Origin: Methanobrevibacter sp.
GTDB taxonomy: Archaea; Methanobacteriota; Methanobacteria; Methanobacteriales; Methanobacteriaceae
Direction: 5' to 3'
Length of the DNA: 64,000 nucleotides
Assembly: GCF_045611865.1 (NCBI RefSeq)
Contig: NZ_JAZKXX010000035.1
Location: forward strand, 26,939 to 90,938
A model generated the notes under the pieces. The model was not told the DNA's origin. It saw only the letters and a list, made by a program, of their open reading frames with translations, and made no database searches. Position numbers and translations under genes: made by a program. Below are positions 1 through 10,689 of the stretch, one piece after another; position 1 is the stretch's first letter, and each line of letters opens with the position of its first letter.

Positions 1-16
1 GATTCTATATATACTT

Positions 17-649
17 TCATAATTCTTTCCTATGATGTTTCTTGAAAATATCTTTAGTTAAATCATAATCATAATTATTGAATTTAACAGGTTTTGCATA
101 AACTCTTTTAATTACGTTCGCTTTTGCAAATCCTGAAGTTAATTTCCTATCTTGAGTTTTAATTACATGGACCTTAACTATGTGTTTGTCGATTTTAACA
201 ACATCCCCCGGAGCTATTTCAAAATCCCTGTCTAAATCTAGTTTGTATGAATCTACTTCCCCATGCAAATCAACTGAAAATCCAATACGTGCTGGAATTT
301 CAACAGAATTCGCCCAAATAGTACTAATATCTTCAATTTTAGCTTTATTAACTCTTTTATCTCCCACTTCAATACTTGTAACTTCAACTTGGCCTAAATC
401 AGAAAGTAAAACATCCCCACTTTTTAACTCATCACTTGGGGATAAATCAATTGTTGTTTTGTGAGACTTGTCTTGCTCTGAAATAATCAATCTATAAGGT
501 TTAGGTTTTTTTAAAGAAACCACATCTTTAAAAACATGCCCACAATCCTCACATTTTAATAAATATTCCTCAGTAAATTTCTTTTTTGAGGACTTTTGCT
601 TTGAATTTATAATTTCAATCTCATCAGAACCACAAATTGGACAATCCAT
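17..649 (-). CDS. Archaeal zinc-ribbon protein of unknown function (COG1326-like, name from memory)
   Basis: 210-aa ORF. N-terminal CPICG...CEDCG zinc ribbon followed by a beta-rich domain. Sits 12 bp downstream of the aconitase-family small subunit gene on the same strand. Confidence 0.55.
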   Translation of the reverse strand: MDCPICGSDEIEIINSKQKSSKKKFTEEYLLKCEDCGHVFKDVVSLKKPKPYRLIISEQDKSHKTTIDLSPSDELKSGDVLLSDLGQVEVTSIEVGDKRVNKAKIEDISTIWANSVEIPARIGFSVDLHGEVDSYKLDLDRDFEIAPGDVVKIDKHIVKVHVIKTQDRKLTSGFAKANVIKRVYAKPVKFNNYDYDLTKDIFKKHHRKEL

Positions 650-661
650 TTTTATGCCTCC

Positions 662-1144
662 TTAATCATCATTTAAATAATGGTTTACTAACCCACCATC
701 TTCTAAAATATTTAACATGAACTCTTTAAATGGTTCAAAACTCTTTTCTTCCCCAGTAGTTTCATTAATCAAAGAACCTTCAGTCAAATCAATGCTTATG
801 ATATCCCCATCCCTAGCTTCAATATCTGAAACTATAACTGGAAGGCCAATATTGATTGCATTTCTGTAAAAAATCCTTGCAAATGATTTGGCAATGATTG
901 CATCAACACCCGCAGTTTTAATTGCAACAGGAGCCTGTTCTCTTGATGAACCACATCCAAAGTTTTCATCAGCTACAATTATATCTCCTTTTTTAACATT
1001 TTTTGTAAAATCCGGACGTTCTCCTTCCAATACATGATCTGCTAAATCTTGAGGATTGAATGTTCTTAAATATCTTCCAGGAATAATGACATCTGTGTCG
1101 ATATTTTTCCCAAAAGTCCATGTTTTACCTTTAATAATATTCAT
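662..1144 (-). CDS. Aconitase-family dehydratase small subunit (LeuD/HacB). The YLRT loop suggests methanogen homoaconitase small subunit.
   Basis: Motifs GKNIDTDVIIPGRYLRT, ENFGCGSSREQAP and AKSFARIFYRNAINIGLP. Track start 1153 is GTG; first ATG is at 1144. The YLRT versus YLVY specificity loop is recalled from M. jannaschii HacB/LeuD work. Confidence 0.8.
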   Translation of the reverse strand: MNIIKGKTWTFGKNIDTDVIIPGRYLRTFNPQDLADHVLEGERPDFTKNVKKGDIIVADENFGCGSSREQAPVAIKTAGVDAIIAKSFARIFYRNAINIGLPVIVSDIEARDGDIISIDLTEGSLINETTGEEKSFEPFKEFMLNILEDGGLVNHYLNDD

Positions 1145-1234
1145 TAATATCACTATAAAATTATTAATAAAAAAAATGAAGTATTTGGAAGATCCAAATA
1201 CGAAATAAGTAAGTTGGTGATTTGATAATTTATT

Positions 1235-2752
1235 CTATTTTAATGGTTTTGAGAATTCTTTTTCAACACCTTCACGATACATTGAATTCATAGTACAGAA
1301 CGGTATGATTCTACCATCAGGTGTTGCATAGTGGATAACACATTTTTTAACTCTGTCTTCATCAAAATTAAATGGATCCATAAAATGCATGCATGAAATA
1401 AGCATTGCATCTTTAGAGAAATCTCCTAAAGCATCATAGTCTCCTTTAGCAAATACATTGTACAATATCTTTGTAATATCCAAATCATTTGGAGATCTAC
1501 TTGTATGAATCATTTTAGCTAAATTACCAGCTAAACCTGCTAAAACTCTTTTACGAGACCCAAATTTGCCTTTTTTAAGCTTCTCATTGTATTCTTTTAG
1601 TTTATCACATAAATCATCCACATCAATGAAATTTGTGATTGGAATTAATTTATCTTTTCCATCACCCTCGGTTTTTTCCCTAAATACATAAGTAGCAATT
1701 CCACAATGTTCATGGCAGTTTAAGGTAACTTTAGCTGATTCTTCACCATCCAATAAGGAAATGAACTCTGCAATCGGTTCAACAAAAGATGGTGGATAAA
1801 ATGCACTAGTCGGAACTTGACCATCAGTTTCATTATCAATGATGTTAACAAAATCAGGAATAGTAATTCTTTGCTCTTCCACATGTTCTGATGGAGTCCT
1901 TCCTGAAAATGAAACCGGTTGGAAATTAACACCATAAATAATGTCATTATTGTCAAAAGCAAATTTAATTATTTCGCCAACTTGATTATCATTTACGCCT
2001 TTGACCAATGTAGGAACCAACACAACACCTAAACCTGCTTCCCTACAGTTTTCAATAGCTTGAAGTTTGTCAGGAAGTAAATCTCTTCCTTTATTTTGAA
2101 TATAAGGTTCAGGAGTCACACCCTCAAAAGAAAGATAAACAGTATTTAAACCTGCTTCTTTTAATTCACTAGCTAAATTTTCCCTTTTAGCTATTCTTAT
2201 ACCATTAGTGGCTATTTGAACATGAGTAAAACCTTCTTCTTTCGCCATTTTGACTAAATCAATAATATCTTTTCTGACAGTAGGTTCACCACCCGCATAT
2301 TGGATAGCCGGACATGGATGAGGTTTCAAATTTCTTAAATTCCTAAGCATTTGTCTTATTTCATCTTGAGTTGGCTCATATAAATATCCTGCAGCTGCGG
2401 CATTAGCAAAACAAACTGGGCATTTTAGATTACATCTGTTTGTTACATCAATTAAACCCAATACAGTGGATGTTTCATGTTTTGAACATAACCCACAATT
2501 GGTTGGGCAAGCCCCACTATCATCAACACAAGGATTTTCAACACCTGTTATTGAAGGAGTGAATTTTTCAACTCTAGTGTACAATTCATTATCACTCCAA
2601 TAAGTGTTTTCAAACTCCCCATGCTCATCACAGGTCTTTTTGATGAAAATTTTACCATCCTCATCATAAACTTCTGCCTCAAGGGGTTTACCACACTCAG
2701 GGCATAAACTTTTTGTATTTTTAATTTTCAAAAAAATCACCTTTTCTAACAA
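1235..2752 (-). CDS. tes: Radical SAM enzyme, tetraether lipid synthase (Tes / GDGT-MAS, MJ0619-like) family
   Basis: 505 aa. N-terminal zinc ribbon CPECGK...CDEHG, radical SAM CNLKCPVCF motif, and a size and architecture like MJ0619-type enzymes. Divergent neighbour is carS. Confidence 0.6.
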   Translation of the reverse strand: MLEKVIFLKIKNTKSLCPECGKPLEAEVYDEDGKIFIKKTCDEHGEFENTYWSDNELYTRVEKFTPSITGVENPCVDDSGACPTNCGLCSKHETSTVLGLIDVTNRCNLKCPVCFANAAAAGYLYEPTQDEIRQMLRNLRNLKPHPCPAIQYAGGEPTVRKDIIDLVKMAKEEGFTHVQIATNGIRIAKRENLASELKEAGLNTVYLSFEGVTPEPYIQNKGRDLLPDKLQAIENCREAGLGVVLVPTLVKGVNDNQVGEIIKFAFDNNDIIYGVNFQPVSFSGRTPSEHVEEQRITIPDFVNIIDNETDGQVPTSAFYPPSFVEPIAEFISLLDGEESAKVTLNCHEHCGIATYVFREKTEGDGKDKLIPITNFIDVDDLCDKLKEYNEKLKKGKFGSRKRVLAGLAGNLAKMIHTSRSPNDLDITKILYNVFAKGDYDALGDFSKDAMLISCMHFMDPFNFDEDRVKKCVIHYATPDGRIIPFCTMNSMYREGVEKEFSKPLK

Positions 2753-2884
2753 TTTTACATTATTAGCTAACTTACATAATATTATATATTTAAAGTAATA
2801 TCATATTTAAACTTAATTAATATATACTAGAAAATAACATAGATATACATAATAAAAGTTAAACTGAAATGGAGAAAAAATCTA

Positions 2885-3451
2885 ATGACTATTAACATTC
2901 AACTATTCCTAATTGCGTGTGTTACAACACTTTATTTCATACTTCCAGCTTATTTTTCAAATGGTGGAGCGCTATTGTTCGGTGGCGGAACCCCAGTTGA
3001 CTTCGGAAAAAGTGATAGCAACGGCAATCGTTGGATTGGAGATGGAGTGACCTGGAGAGGCGTAGTGGCAGGGACACTCATAGGAATGATTACCGGTGCG
3101 ATTCAAGGATATTTTGGTCCATACCTCATTTCAGAATTTGGACAATACATCATTACCCCAATAATCACAGATGTGTCTAGCGGAATACTTATAGGATTTT
3201 TACTTGGTTTTGGTGCTCTTTTAGGTGATGCTTTAGGTAGTTTTTTAAAAAGAAGACTCGGAATTGGAAGAGGAAAACCTGCACCAATTCTAGATCAATT
3301 AGATTTTATAATTGTGGCATTAATTTTAGTTTCATTGGTTGTTAAATTAAATTGGCAATTTATAGCAATAGCTCTCTTATCAACACTAGCTATACATTTA
3401 TTAACCAATACTGGAGCCTATTTATTGGGCCTAAAAGATGTATGGTATTAA
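2885..3451 (+). CDS. carS: CDP-archaeol synthase (CDP-2,3-bis-O-geranylgeranyl-sn-glycerol synthase, DUF46)
   Basis: 188-aa polytopic membrane protein with PAYFSNGGA...GTPVDFG...GDGVTWRG...LGDALGSFLKRR...LDQLDF, typical of CarS. Confidence 0.8.
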   Translation: MTINIQLFLIACVTTLYFILPAYFSNGGALLFGGGTPVDFGKSDSNGNRWIGDGVTWRGVVAGTLIGMITGAIQGYFGPYLISEFGQYIITPIITDVSSGILIGFLLGFGALLGDALGSFLKRRLGIGRGKPAPILDQLDFIIVALILVSLVVKLNWQFIAIALLSTLAIHLLTNTGAYLLGLKDVWY

Positions 3452-4467
3452 ATATACTTATTCATCATTACTGCAGTTCCAACAGCAGGCGCCACAACAC
3501 ATTCTTCATCTGTTAAAATGTCACCCATGGATTTAACTTCAAGACCTAAAAGTTCTGCTGCTTTTTTATCTAAAATATCTTTACCAAGACCTGTTGTAAT
3601 GATTAAATCTAGTTTTTGAGTCTCAACAACCTGTTTTAAACCATCGGCAATTTGTTCAACCTGCTTTTGATGAATAAATTTGGACATTTCTATAATATCC
3701 TCCATTGTTAACATCTCTAAATCAGCACATACAACACGGGCAATCCTTTTTGCACATTCTATTTTTGACTTTCCTTCACCATCAAAAGTGTCACAAACAT
3801 AATCATCTTCACTGATTAAATCCAAAACAGTGAAAACATCAGCAGTCTGTGCAAATAGCTCACTAGCTACCCTATACTCTTTACCATTTAACTCAACCTT
3901 ATCTAAAAAACTAGCAAGATTTGTTCTTAAGGTGCCTGTATAGACTAATTCTCCAGTAGCAGATCTATCAAAATCGGATTTACCTATTGCACATTCTTTT
4001 CCATTTTTAATAGGGATTATATCTGTAGTGGTGCTTCCTGTATCAACAAATATGCAATTATCAGAAATTAAAGTTGCAATTTGGGCTGTTGCAATCCAAT
4101 TTGCAGCTGCCGCTTTAAGTGGAGTTTTTTCTATTTCTTCTTTTGACATCATTCCATCAATACCAACATAAGCAATTGGACAGCCAAATGTTTTTTCACA
4201 TTTTTCAACGACATCTAAAACCCCATCCTTTTTAGTATCATATGCATCAACAAGTTCAGCAGTCATTGAAATGCCAACAGCATCAATTTCTGAAACTGGA
4301 CAAATGTTTTCTATTAATTCCAATAAAACTCTTGACAAATCATCATTATTGCTCCACATTGGAAGATATGCAAAATCAACCTCGATATTTTTTATATCTC
4401 CACCATCAAAATCAATTACTGCCAAATCAGTATTTGCTCCACCAATGTCAAATCCGGCCACCTTCAT
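3448..4467 (-). CDS. ASKHA/hydantoinase-fold protein of the H4MPT-linked C1 pathway family (TIGR03123-like); possibly methanofuran synthase MfnF
   Basis: 339 aa. N-terminal FDIGGANTDLAV and internal VDTGSTTTDI phosphate-binding motifs of the hydantoinase A/ASKHA fold. Start lies 1 nt after the stop of the upstream ATP-grasp gene. Confidence 0.5.
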   Translation of the reverse strand: MKVAGFDIGGANTDLAVIDFDGGDIKNIEVDFAYLPMWSNNDDLSRVLLELIENICPVSEIDAVGISMTAELVDAYDTKKDGVLDVVEKCEKTFGCPIAYVGIDGMMSKEEIEKTPLKAAAANWIATAQIATLISDNCIFVDTGSTTTDIIPIKNGKECAIGKSDFDRSATGELVYTGTLRTNLASFLDKVELNGKEYRVASELFAQTADVFTVLDLISEDDYVCDTFDGEGKSKIECAKRIARVVCADLEMLTMEDIIEMSKFIHQKQVEQIADGLKQVVETQKLDLIITTGLGKDILDKKAAELLGLEVKSMGDILTDEECVVAPAVGTAVMMNKYI

Positions 4468-4468
4468 A

Positions 4469-5557
4469 TTATATTCTCCTAATTTCTAATTCATCGCCAA
4501 CTTTTTTAAACTCGACTTCACCATCTAAAGAGATATCCAAATCATCAATGACAATTTCACCATTTAATAACTCAATTATTGATTTTCCAATATTAAAATT
4601 GGCTATTTTAGTTAATCCAACATATGGAGTTGTGAATCTTGAGTTTATTTCTAAAAAGTAAACTGAATAAACGTCTTTTTCATCAGCATTAATTAACAAA
4701 TCAACACCAACAAAACCTTTTATACCATCAATAGCTTCAACTGCTTTAGTTGCAATTTCGAATGCTTCTTGTTTGAATTTAGTATCATAAGGTAATTTTC
4801 CACCAGAATAAGCTCCTTCAACACCAGTTAACTCAACAAATTGCTTGTTTAAACTTATCGGAATAGATTTTTTACCATCTGAAATTAAACTAACACTTAT
4901 ATCTGTTCCTTCAATGTACTCTTGGACTATGATTCTTGAACCTGGTTTAAAAATGTTTTCTAAATCATATGACAAATCTTCAATATTCTCTATTACAACA
5001 ATATTTTCACAATCAACACCAATTAATGGTTTTATAATTAATTTTAATGGAGTTAACGGGTCTTCAGCCTGCCATTTTTCATGTAAGTTTTCAATGGCTC
5101 TTTTCCAATATCCCTTTGGATCTATCTTAAATCTAAATGACCTCGGTTGAGGCACTACATTAAATAGATTTTCATAAGTTTCAAATTTATCAGATGCCTT
5201 AAGACAAGCTTCTGCTGAAGAAGTAAATGTTTTGACATTATTTTCTTCCAGAATTTTAGTAATACGATAAAGATTATTATTGTTTTCAGCGGCAATGAAA
5301 ATAGCATTATTGAATTTTGCCGCATTTTCGCAAAGCCAATCAATTACATCACAATCAATAAATATCGGATTGACATTATCATATTTATCTAAAACGTTCT
5401 CATAGGATTCATTGATTACCAAATCTACTTTAAAATCAACCAATTCATCCAAAAGTGAAAAAATTAAGGCTTCAGCTTCTGAAATGATAGATCTGTCTTT
5501 TTCACTAGAAGCCGTAAAGTACTCGAATACTAAAATAGACTCATTCTCGTTTGTCAT
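4469..5557 (-). CDS. ATP-grasp carboligase (COG2232-like); possibly tyramine-L-glutamate ligase MfnD
   Basis: 362 aa. C-terminal half has an ATP-grasp pattern ([13 protein letters not shown]...VQEYIEG...GFVGVDLL...[10 protein letters not shown]). Translationally coupled to the hydantoinase-fold gene. Confidence 0.5.
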   Translation of the reverse strand: MTNENESILVFEYFTASSEKDRSIISEAEALIFSLLDELVDFKVDLVINESYENVLDKYDNVNPIFIDCDVIDWLCENAAKFNNAIFIAAENNNNLYRITKILEENNVKTFTSSAEACLKASDKFETYENLFNVVPQPRSFRFKIDPKGYWKRAIENLHEKWQAEDPLTPLKLIIKPLIGVDCENIVVIENIEDLSYDLENIFKPGSRIIVQEYIEGTDISVSLISDGKKSIPISLNKQFVELTGVEGAYSGGKLPYDTKFKQEAFEIATKAVEAIDGIKGFVGVDLLINADEKDVYSVYFLEINSRFTTPYVGLTKIANFNIGKSIIELLNGEIVIDDLDISLDGEVEFKKVGDELEIRRI

Positions 5558-6863
5558 AAGTAATCATCATACCGTTTAAGTTTAAATCATCAGCAGGGAA
5601 TCTCATTTTATCCCCATCAAAGACCATATGGACCAAAGCGTCTTCTTTTGCTTCAAAGTCTTTGACAGTGATGTCTTCATCAATTGAAATCATTTTTCTT
5701 GTAAATGAAGACATGATATCTTCAGGAGCTTTGATGTCTAATAAACCATCCTGATAATACTGTTCAATTGCATCAACAGTTAATTTAGCAGAATCCCCTT
5801 GACCATAAGGATTTGGAGCATTTTTCATTGCATTTGCAAATTCTTCATCAGATAGAATCTTTCTAGCATTTTCCAATATGACATCCTTATCTGAACCAAC
5901 TAAAATATTTCCCCCAGCAGTTACAGTTTCTGGTCTTTCCGTATTGTATCTTAAAGTTAAAGCAGGTACATTTAATGTAATTGCTTCTTCTTGAAGACCC
6001 CCTGAGTCTGTTAGGATTAAAGTTGAATTAGAAGTTAAAAGTAAGAAATCAAGATAGCCTATTGGTTTTACAATATGGACATGTTCCAAATCATTTAATT
6101 CATCGAATAAACCAAAATTTTGTAAGGTATTTTTGGTTCTTGGGTGAATTGGAAAGATAATGTTCATGTCCCTTAATTCTTTTAATGCACCAATGATATT
6201 TGTTACCCTTTGCTTATCATCAACGTTTTCTGCCCTGTGCATTGTCAAAGTTAAGATATTTTCCATGTTTTCAATATCCAACTCTGCTAAGGATTCTTCT
6301 TCAAAACCTCTTTTTTTAGCTATTTCCAAGTGTCTAAAACAAGCATCTACAACAGTATTTCCAGTAATTAATAAGTTTTCTCTTGAAAATCCTTCAGCCA
6401 GAAGATTGATTGCTGACTGTTCGGTTGGAATGAAATACATGGTTGAACAGACATCTGCAGCCATCCTGTTAATTTCTTCAGGCATGGTCATGTCAAATGA
6501 CCTAAGTCCAGCTTCCACATGACCTACTGCAATGTGTAATTTAGCACATACAAGTGCTCCGGCAAGCACCGCATTGGTATCACCCTGCACAAGAACTATG
6601 TCAGGTTTTTCTTCTAAAAGAACCTCTTCAATACCTTGCATCATTAAACCAGTTTGTTTACCATGAGTTCCTGAACCTACATGAATATTATAATCCGGAG
6701 CAGGGATTTCCAAATCTCTAAAGAAATTATCGGACATTTCCTTATCATAATGCTGACCAGTGTGTAAAATTATTTGGTCAATGCCTCTATTGGAAATTTC
6801 ATCAATAATTGGGGCCATTTTAATGATTTCTGGCCTTGTTCCTAAAATAGTTGCTATTTTCAT
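5541..6863 (-). CDS. wecB: UDP-N-acetylglucosamine 2-epimerase (non-hydrolysing) with a C-terminal extension of about 70 aa
   Basis: [19 protein letters not shown]...HTGQHYD...VQGDTN...HVEAGLRS...TDSGGLQEE motifs. Track start 6878 is TTG; ATG is at 6863. The 3' end overlaps the next gene by 17 nt. Confidence 0.85.
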   Translation of the reverse strand: MKIATILGTRPEIIKMAPIIDEISNRGIDQIILHTGQHYDKEMSDNFFRDLEIPAPDYNIHVGSGTHGKQTGLMMQGIEEVLLEEKPDIVLVQGDTNAVLAGALVCAKLHIAVGHVEAGLRSFDMTMPEEINRMAADVCSTMYFIPTEQSAINLLAEGFSRENLLITGNTVVDACFRHLEIAKKRGFEEESLAELDIENMENILTLTMHRAENVDDKQRVTNIIGALKELRDMNIIFPIHPRTKNTLQNFGLFDELNDLEHVHIVKPIGYLDFLLLTSNSTLILTDSGGLQEEAITLNVPALTLRYNTERPETVTAGGNILVGSDKDVILENARKILSDEEFANAMKNAPNPYGQGDSAKLTVDAIEQYYQDGLLDIKAPEDIMSSFTRKMISIDEDITVKDFEAKEDALVHMVFDGDKMRFPADDLNLNGMMITYDKRE

Positions 6864-6924
6864 AATATCACTTATCAATATATTTATAAAAAATAGGTTA
6901 AATAATTTTTAGAAAAAAATTTGA

Positions 6925-7263
6925 TTAAAAAAAGATTAAAAGTGAATCTACAATAAAATTACCTATTGCTATAGAACCTATTACAAAACCTAATGAAGTA
7001 GAAACTGCAAGCATTGCAACATTAAGTAAAAATGCTTCTAAAAGCTCAGGTACTGAAATTTCACCTTCACCACGTATTTTAACACGAAGACTAGCAATAA
7101 TAGGCATAATAGAGATAATTGCACCAATACCCACAATAACTATGGTTGCAATAATCCATAAATTAGGATCATCGTGATAAACTGCAAGATAATATCCTAA
7201 AGCAAAACCAATAATAATATCAAGTATGGAATACTTATCAAAAACGTCATACACAAGACCCAT
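6925..7263 (-). CDS. Small integral membrane protein, unknown function
   Basis: 112 aa, about 4 hydrophobic helices, no recognisable motif. Confidence 0.6.
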   Translation of the reverse strand: MGLVYDVFDKYSILDIIIGFALGYYLAVYHDDPNLWIIATIVIVGIGAIISIMPIIASLRVKIRGEGEISVPELLEAFLLNVAMLAVSTSLGFVIGSIAIGNFIVDSLLIFF

Positions 7264-7322
7264 AATACACCTTCCAATATTATATAGATTTATCCACCAT
7301 TTAAAAGTTTTTATAAATATAA

Positions 7323-8186
7323 TTATCCCCGTACATCCTTCAAACTTTTTATCATTGACTCACGAATAGCATATTTTTTCTGCAAATCTGTTAGTGAATC
7401 AACTAAATTTCGTCTAAATCTTTCGCAGGCATAATCGTCATATTTAAATTTAATACCATCATACTGAATATCCATTAAAATCAAGTAATCTGGTTCTAAA
7501 ACCTTAATGTATGCCCTTGGTTCATCTTCAGAAGGATTCAATAACTTTTCAACTTCATCCAACCCCATTTTGCCAATGGCCACATCAACAAATACCCTCA
7601 TCATTTTCCTTACCATATTCCATAAAAATGACTCTCCATAAATATCAACAAAGATTGGAGAAAGAGTATCATGAAGATTTGGAAATTCCTTTTTGTGATA
7701 GTCATCCAAATCAACTTTTGTGATTTTAATATCATCAATAGTTCGAGTAGTTGTTTTTTGAAAACGTTTTGTGAAATTTGTAAAGTTATGTGTGCCTTTA
7801 AACACATCTGCAACTTCTCTTAACTTATCGATGTCTAAATCTTGGAACAACATATAACGATATTGTCTCATTTGAGCATATCTTGGTTTAAAGGCATATC
7901 TTACAGGAGCACTAGCTAGAATCTGGATATCATCAGGCAGGGAATTGTTGATTTCATTTACTCGAACTTCTTTTTCTGATTGAAAACTGATTACATTACC
8001 CAAACTATGAACACCCGCATCAGTTCGGCCTGCAATTCTAAATCTGGAAGCTTTTAAATCATCAATGTAGTTGAGTTTACGTAAATGATAAATTAACTCT
8101 TCTTCAACGGTTCTGAGGTCAGGTTGTCTTTGAAAACCATGAAAATTAGTTCCAATATATCCAATTTTAAGTGCTGTTCGCTTCAT
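7323..8186 (-). CDS. truA: tRNA pseudouridine(38-40) synthase TruA
   Basis: KIGYIGTNFHGFQRQP and GRTDAGVHSLGNVISF catalytic Asp motif. ATG at 8186. Confidence 0.85.
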   Translation of the reverse strand: MKRTALKIGYIGTNFHGFQRQPDLRTVEEELIYHLRKLNYIDDLKASRFRIAGRTDAGVHSLGNVISFQSEKEVRVNEINNSLPDDIQILASAPVRYAFKPRYAQMRQYRYMLFQDLDIDKLREVADVFKGTHNFTNFTKRFQKTTTRTIDDIKITKVDLDDYHKKEFPNLHDTLSPIFVDIYGESFLWNMVRKMMRVFVDVAIGKMGLDEVEKLLNPSEDEPRAYIKVLEPDYLILMDIQYDGIKFKYDDYACERFRRNLVDSLTDLQKKYAIRESMIKSLKDVRG

Positions 8187-8230
8187 CACTATAATATTAA
8201 ACTCAATGTAAAATAAGCTTTTAGGAAAAT

Positions 8231-8791
8231 TTATAATTTTACAGCATATTTAAAATCATTTGTTTGAGGATTAATTTCCAATTCGTGGATTTGTTTATCC
8301 ATATGCACTGTTTGAAGCTCATCGTTTGCATCCACACTAATAACAAATCCCATTTTCTTCCAAAATTGAAGAGCACCTTTCAGATTTTTATGAGTGTGCA
8401 AATAAATGTCCTTATAGCCAGAGGTATTTGCAAAGTTTTCAGCCACACAAAACATTTTTGAAGCTAAACCACAGCGCCTATATCTTTCATCAACAAACAA
8501 TCTCCATATGCTGGATGTTGTGTCTTTAGAGTACAAATGCCTAAATGCTGGAAAATCTTTATCATATGATCTAATTCCAATTGTTGCTATAATTTCACCT
8601 ATTTCACTATAAGCAACGTAAAAATTATTTCTTTTAGGGTTAATATAATATTCTTCCATATTCATAATATCTTGATGCCATTCAGGAACGTAATCAAACC
8701 CCATTTCTTTTTTAATCATTTTAAATAAAAATTCTTGAACCTCAGCAATTTGTTCTGAATTTCCACTTAATTCTTTAATAACAACATCCAT
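8231..8791 (-). CDS. GNAT family N-acetyltransferase
   Basis: LFVDERYRRCGLASKMF acetyl-CoA binding (R/Q-x-x-G-x-A) motif. About 186 aa. Confidence 0.75.
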   Translation of the reverse strand: MDVVIKELSGNSEQIAEVQEFLFKMIKKEMGFDYVPEWHQDIMNMEEYYINPKRNNFYVAYSEIGEIIATIGIRSYDKDFPAFRHLYSKDTTSSIWRLFVDERYRRCGLASKMFCVAENFANTSGYKDIYLHTHKNLKGALQFWKKMGFVISVDANDELQTVHMDKQIHELEINPQTNDFKYAVKL

Positions 8792-9144
8792 ATTAATCAC
8801 TTTAAAAAAAAAAGTATTACAATTTATAAATAATTTATTCTATTAGTAATACTTTTTAATAAATTTTGAATACTTAATATTGATGAAGTTCAAATTAGTA
8901 TATAAAATTTATTATTTGATTATTTTAAAAAAATAGAGAGCCACATCGAAAGGTCATTAAGCATTGAAAATACTTCAAATTTCGTTATTTTAAAATCACA
9001 GTGAAATAAAAAAATAGGAAAATAGTTTGAAGCAATAGGAGGAGAGAAAGGCATATCTGAAAGATAGGTGTTTTGGCAGTATGATAATAAATTCAAAATC
9101 TATTTACTTCAAACTCCAATCAATAATATATCCAACATAGTATA

Positions 9145-9168
9145 AATACTTTTTTATAAAAAAGTATT
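9145..9168. terminator. Perfect 24-bp A/T palindrome downstream of the MATE gene (terminator-like)
   Basis: AATACTTTTTTATAAAAAAGTATT equals its own reverse complement. About 60 bp past the MATE stop, with T-runs on both strands. Confidence 0.35.
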
Positions 9169-9226
9169 ACATTATTATTAAAAAAATATAAATAAGTATT
9201 AATTAACTAAAATGGATAAAAAAACA

Positions 9227-10588
9227 TTACCTCAAAAGTTTTTTAATAGACAAATCTGCCCAAATCAAAGTGATATTATTAGAAACAATTTCACCTAAAA
9301 CAATACCCATCCAGGCACCCCATACACCATAACCCAAAACAACACCTAATAAAATAGCAAAAAGTATTGTAAATCCTGTTTCTCTCATAATTGTTTGAAA
9401 CATTGCAGTTAATCCCTTTCCAATTCCTTGGAAAACATAAGTTGAAGCAACTCCCACAGCCATTGTTGGATAGTAAATTACAATCCAAGATAGAAAACCA
9501 GTCAACTCTGAAGCAATTCTTATGCTACTTCCACTAGAAGCGAATATTGATGCAATATCACCTGCAAAAAGATTAGTCAAAAAGGCTACAACAAATGCAA
9601 TTACTATCGAAATTTTCATTGCATATCTATGGACAATCTGAATGTTTTTATAGTTTTTAGCACCATAATTAGCTGCAATAACACTAATTAAAGCTGTTCC
9701 AATAGCTAAAAGTGGAGTTGTTCCAATTGTCACTATCCTCCAACCGGTCGAATAAACCGCAACCGAATCTGTTGACCCGACAAAAGTTAGGAGTGCTGAG
9801 AAAATTGCTGCAAAAAATGCATTGTTTAATAGCTGAATGCTAGCTGGAATACCAACTTTAACTATGTCTTTTGAGATGCTTCTTTTAAAATCAAAATTGC
9901 TTGCACCAATCTGCAGGTAAGTGTCTTTCTTTACATAAAACCAATAGCACAAAACAAGGATTACGAAGAGTGATGACAACAAGGTTGCTATTGCCGCACC
10001 TTTAACTCCCAGATTCAATGAGTATATGAAAATCGGATCCAAAACCATGTTCAAAATAGCTGAAGATATCATTGCATACATCGGCCTAGTTGTGTCACCC
10101 TCACCCCTAAAAATACCATACAATGCATTTGAAAGTATAATGAAAACTGAACCTAAAATGATAATCATGCCGTAATCAGTTGCATAAGAAATAGTTTGAC
10201 CGACACCCATGGCATTTAAAATTGGATTCAATGAAAAAAACAATATTACCGTAATGATTAGAGAAACAACAATATCCAATATGATTGCGTGAACTGAAGC
10301 GTTATCTGCTTTTGTCTTATTGTTCTCACCAAGATACTTTGATATTGCAAAAGCAGCGCCTGCTCCTAGACCATTTCCAAAACCTACTAAAATCATAAAT
10401 ATTGGTGTGAAAAAACCAACCCCCGCAAGGGCATCAGCCCCTAAACCAGACACCCAAGCAGCATCAATAAGATTGTATAAACTAGAAATGAGTAATGATA
10501 TAATCAAAGGTATAGACATGTTAATTAATGCTTTTTTAGGATTTCCAAGCATTATATCTACATTATTTGATGAATCATTACTTAACAT
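9227..10588 (-). CDS. MATE family efflux transporter
   Basis: 453 aa, 12 predicted TM helices, with N-terminal LGNPKKALINMSIPLIISLL...DAAWVSGLG typical of MATE/NorM. Confidence 0.8.
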   Translation of the reverse strand: MLSNDSSNNVDIMLGNPKKALINMSIPLIISLLISSLYNLIDAAWVSGLGADALAGVGFFTPIFMILVGFGNGLGAGAAFAISKYLGENNKTKADNASVHAIILDIVVSLIITVILFFSLNPILNAMGVGQTISYATDYGMIIILGSVFIILSNALYGIFRGEGDTTRPMYAMISSAILNMVLDPIFIYSLNLGVKGAAIATLLSSLFVILVLCYWFYVKKDTYLQIGASNFDFKRSISKDIVKVGIPASIQLLNNAFFAAIFSALLTFVGSTDSVAVYSTGWRIVTIGTTPLLAIGTALISVIAANYGAKNYKNIQIVHRYAMKISIVIAFVVAFLTNLFAGDIASIFASSGSSIRIASELTGFLSWIVIYYPTMAVGVASTYVFQGIGKGLTAMFQTIMRETGFTILFAILLGVVLGYGVWGAWMGIVLGEIVSNNITLIWADLSIKKLLR

Positions 10589-10689
10589 AAGTAATAGTTA
10601 AAATTTATTCAAATATAAAATTAATTATTTAAAAAAAGAAAAAAATTCTAAAATTAAAATAGTTATTATGAAATTTGCATATTTTAATT

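Noticed and set aside
8801-9226. 426-bp intergenic region examined for an RNA gene or small ORF.
   Set aside because: I found no tRNA-like cloverleaf, no G+C-rich structured core and no convincing ORF. Only the A/T palindrome and recurring AGTA(A/T)TAC strings were seen.
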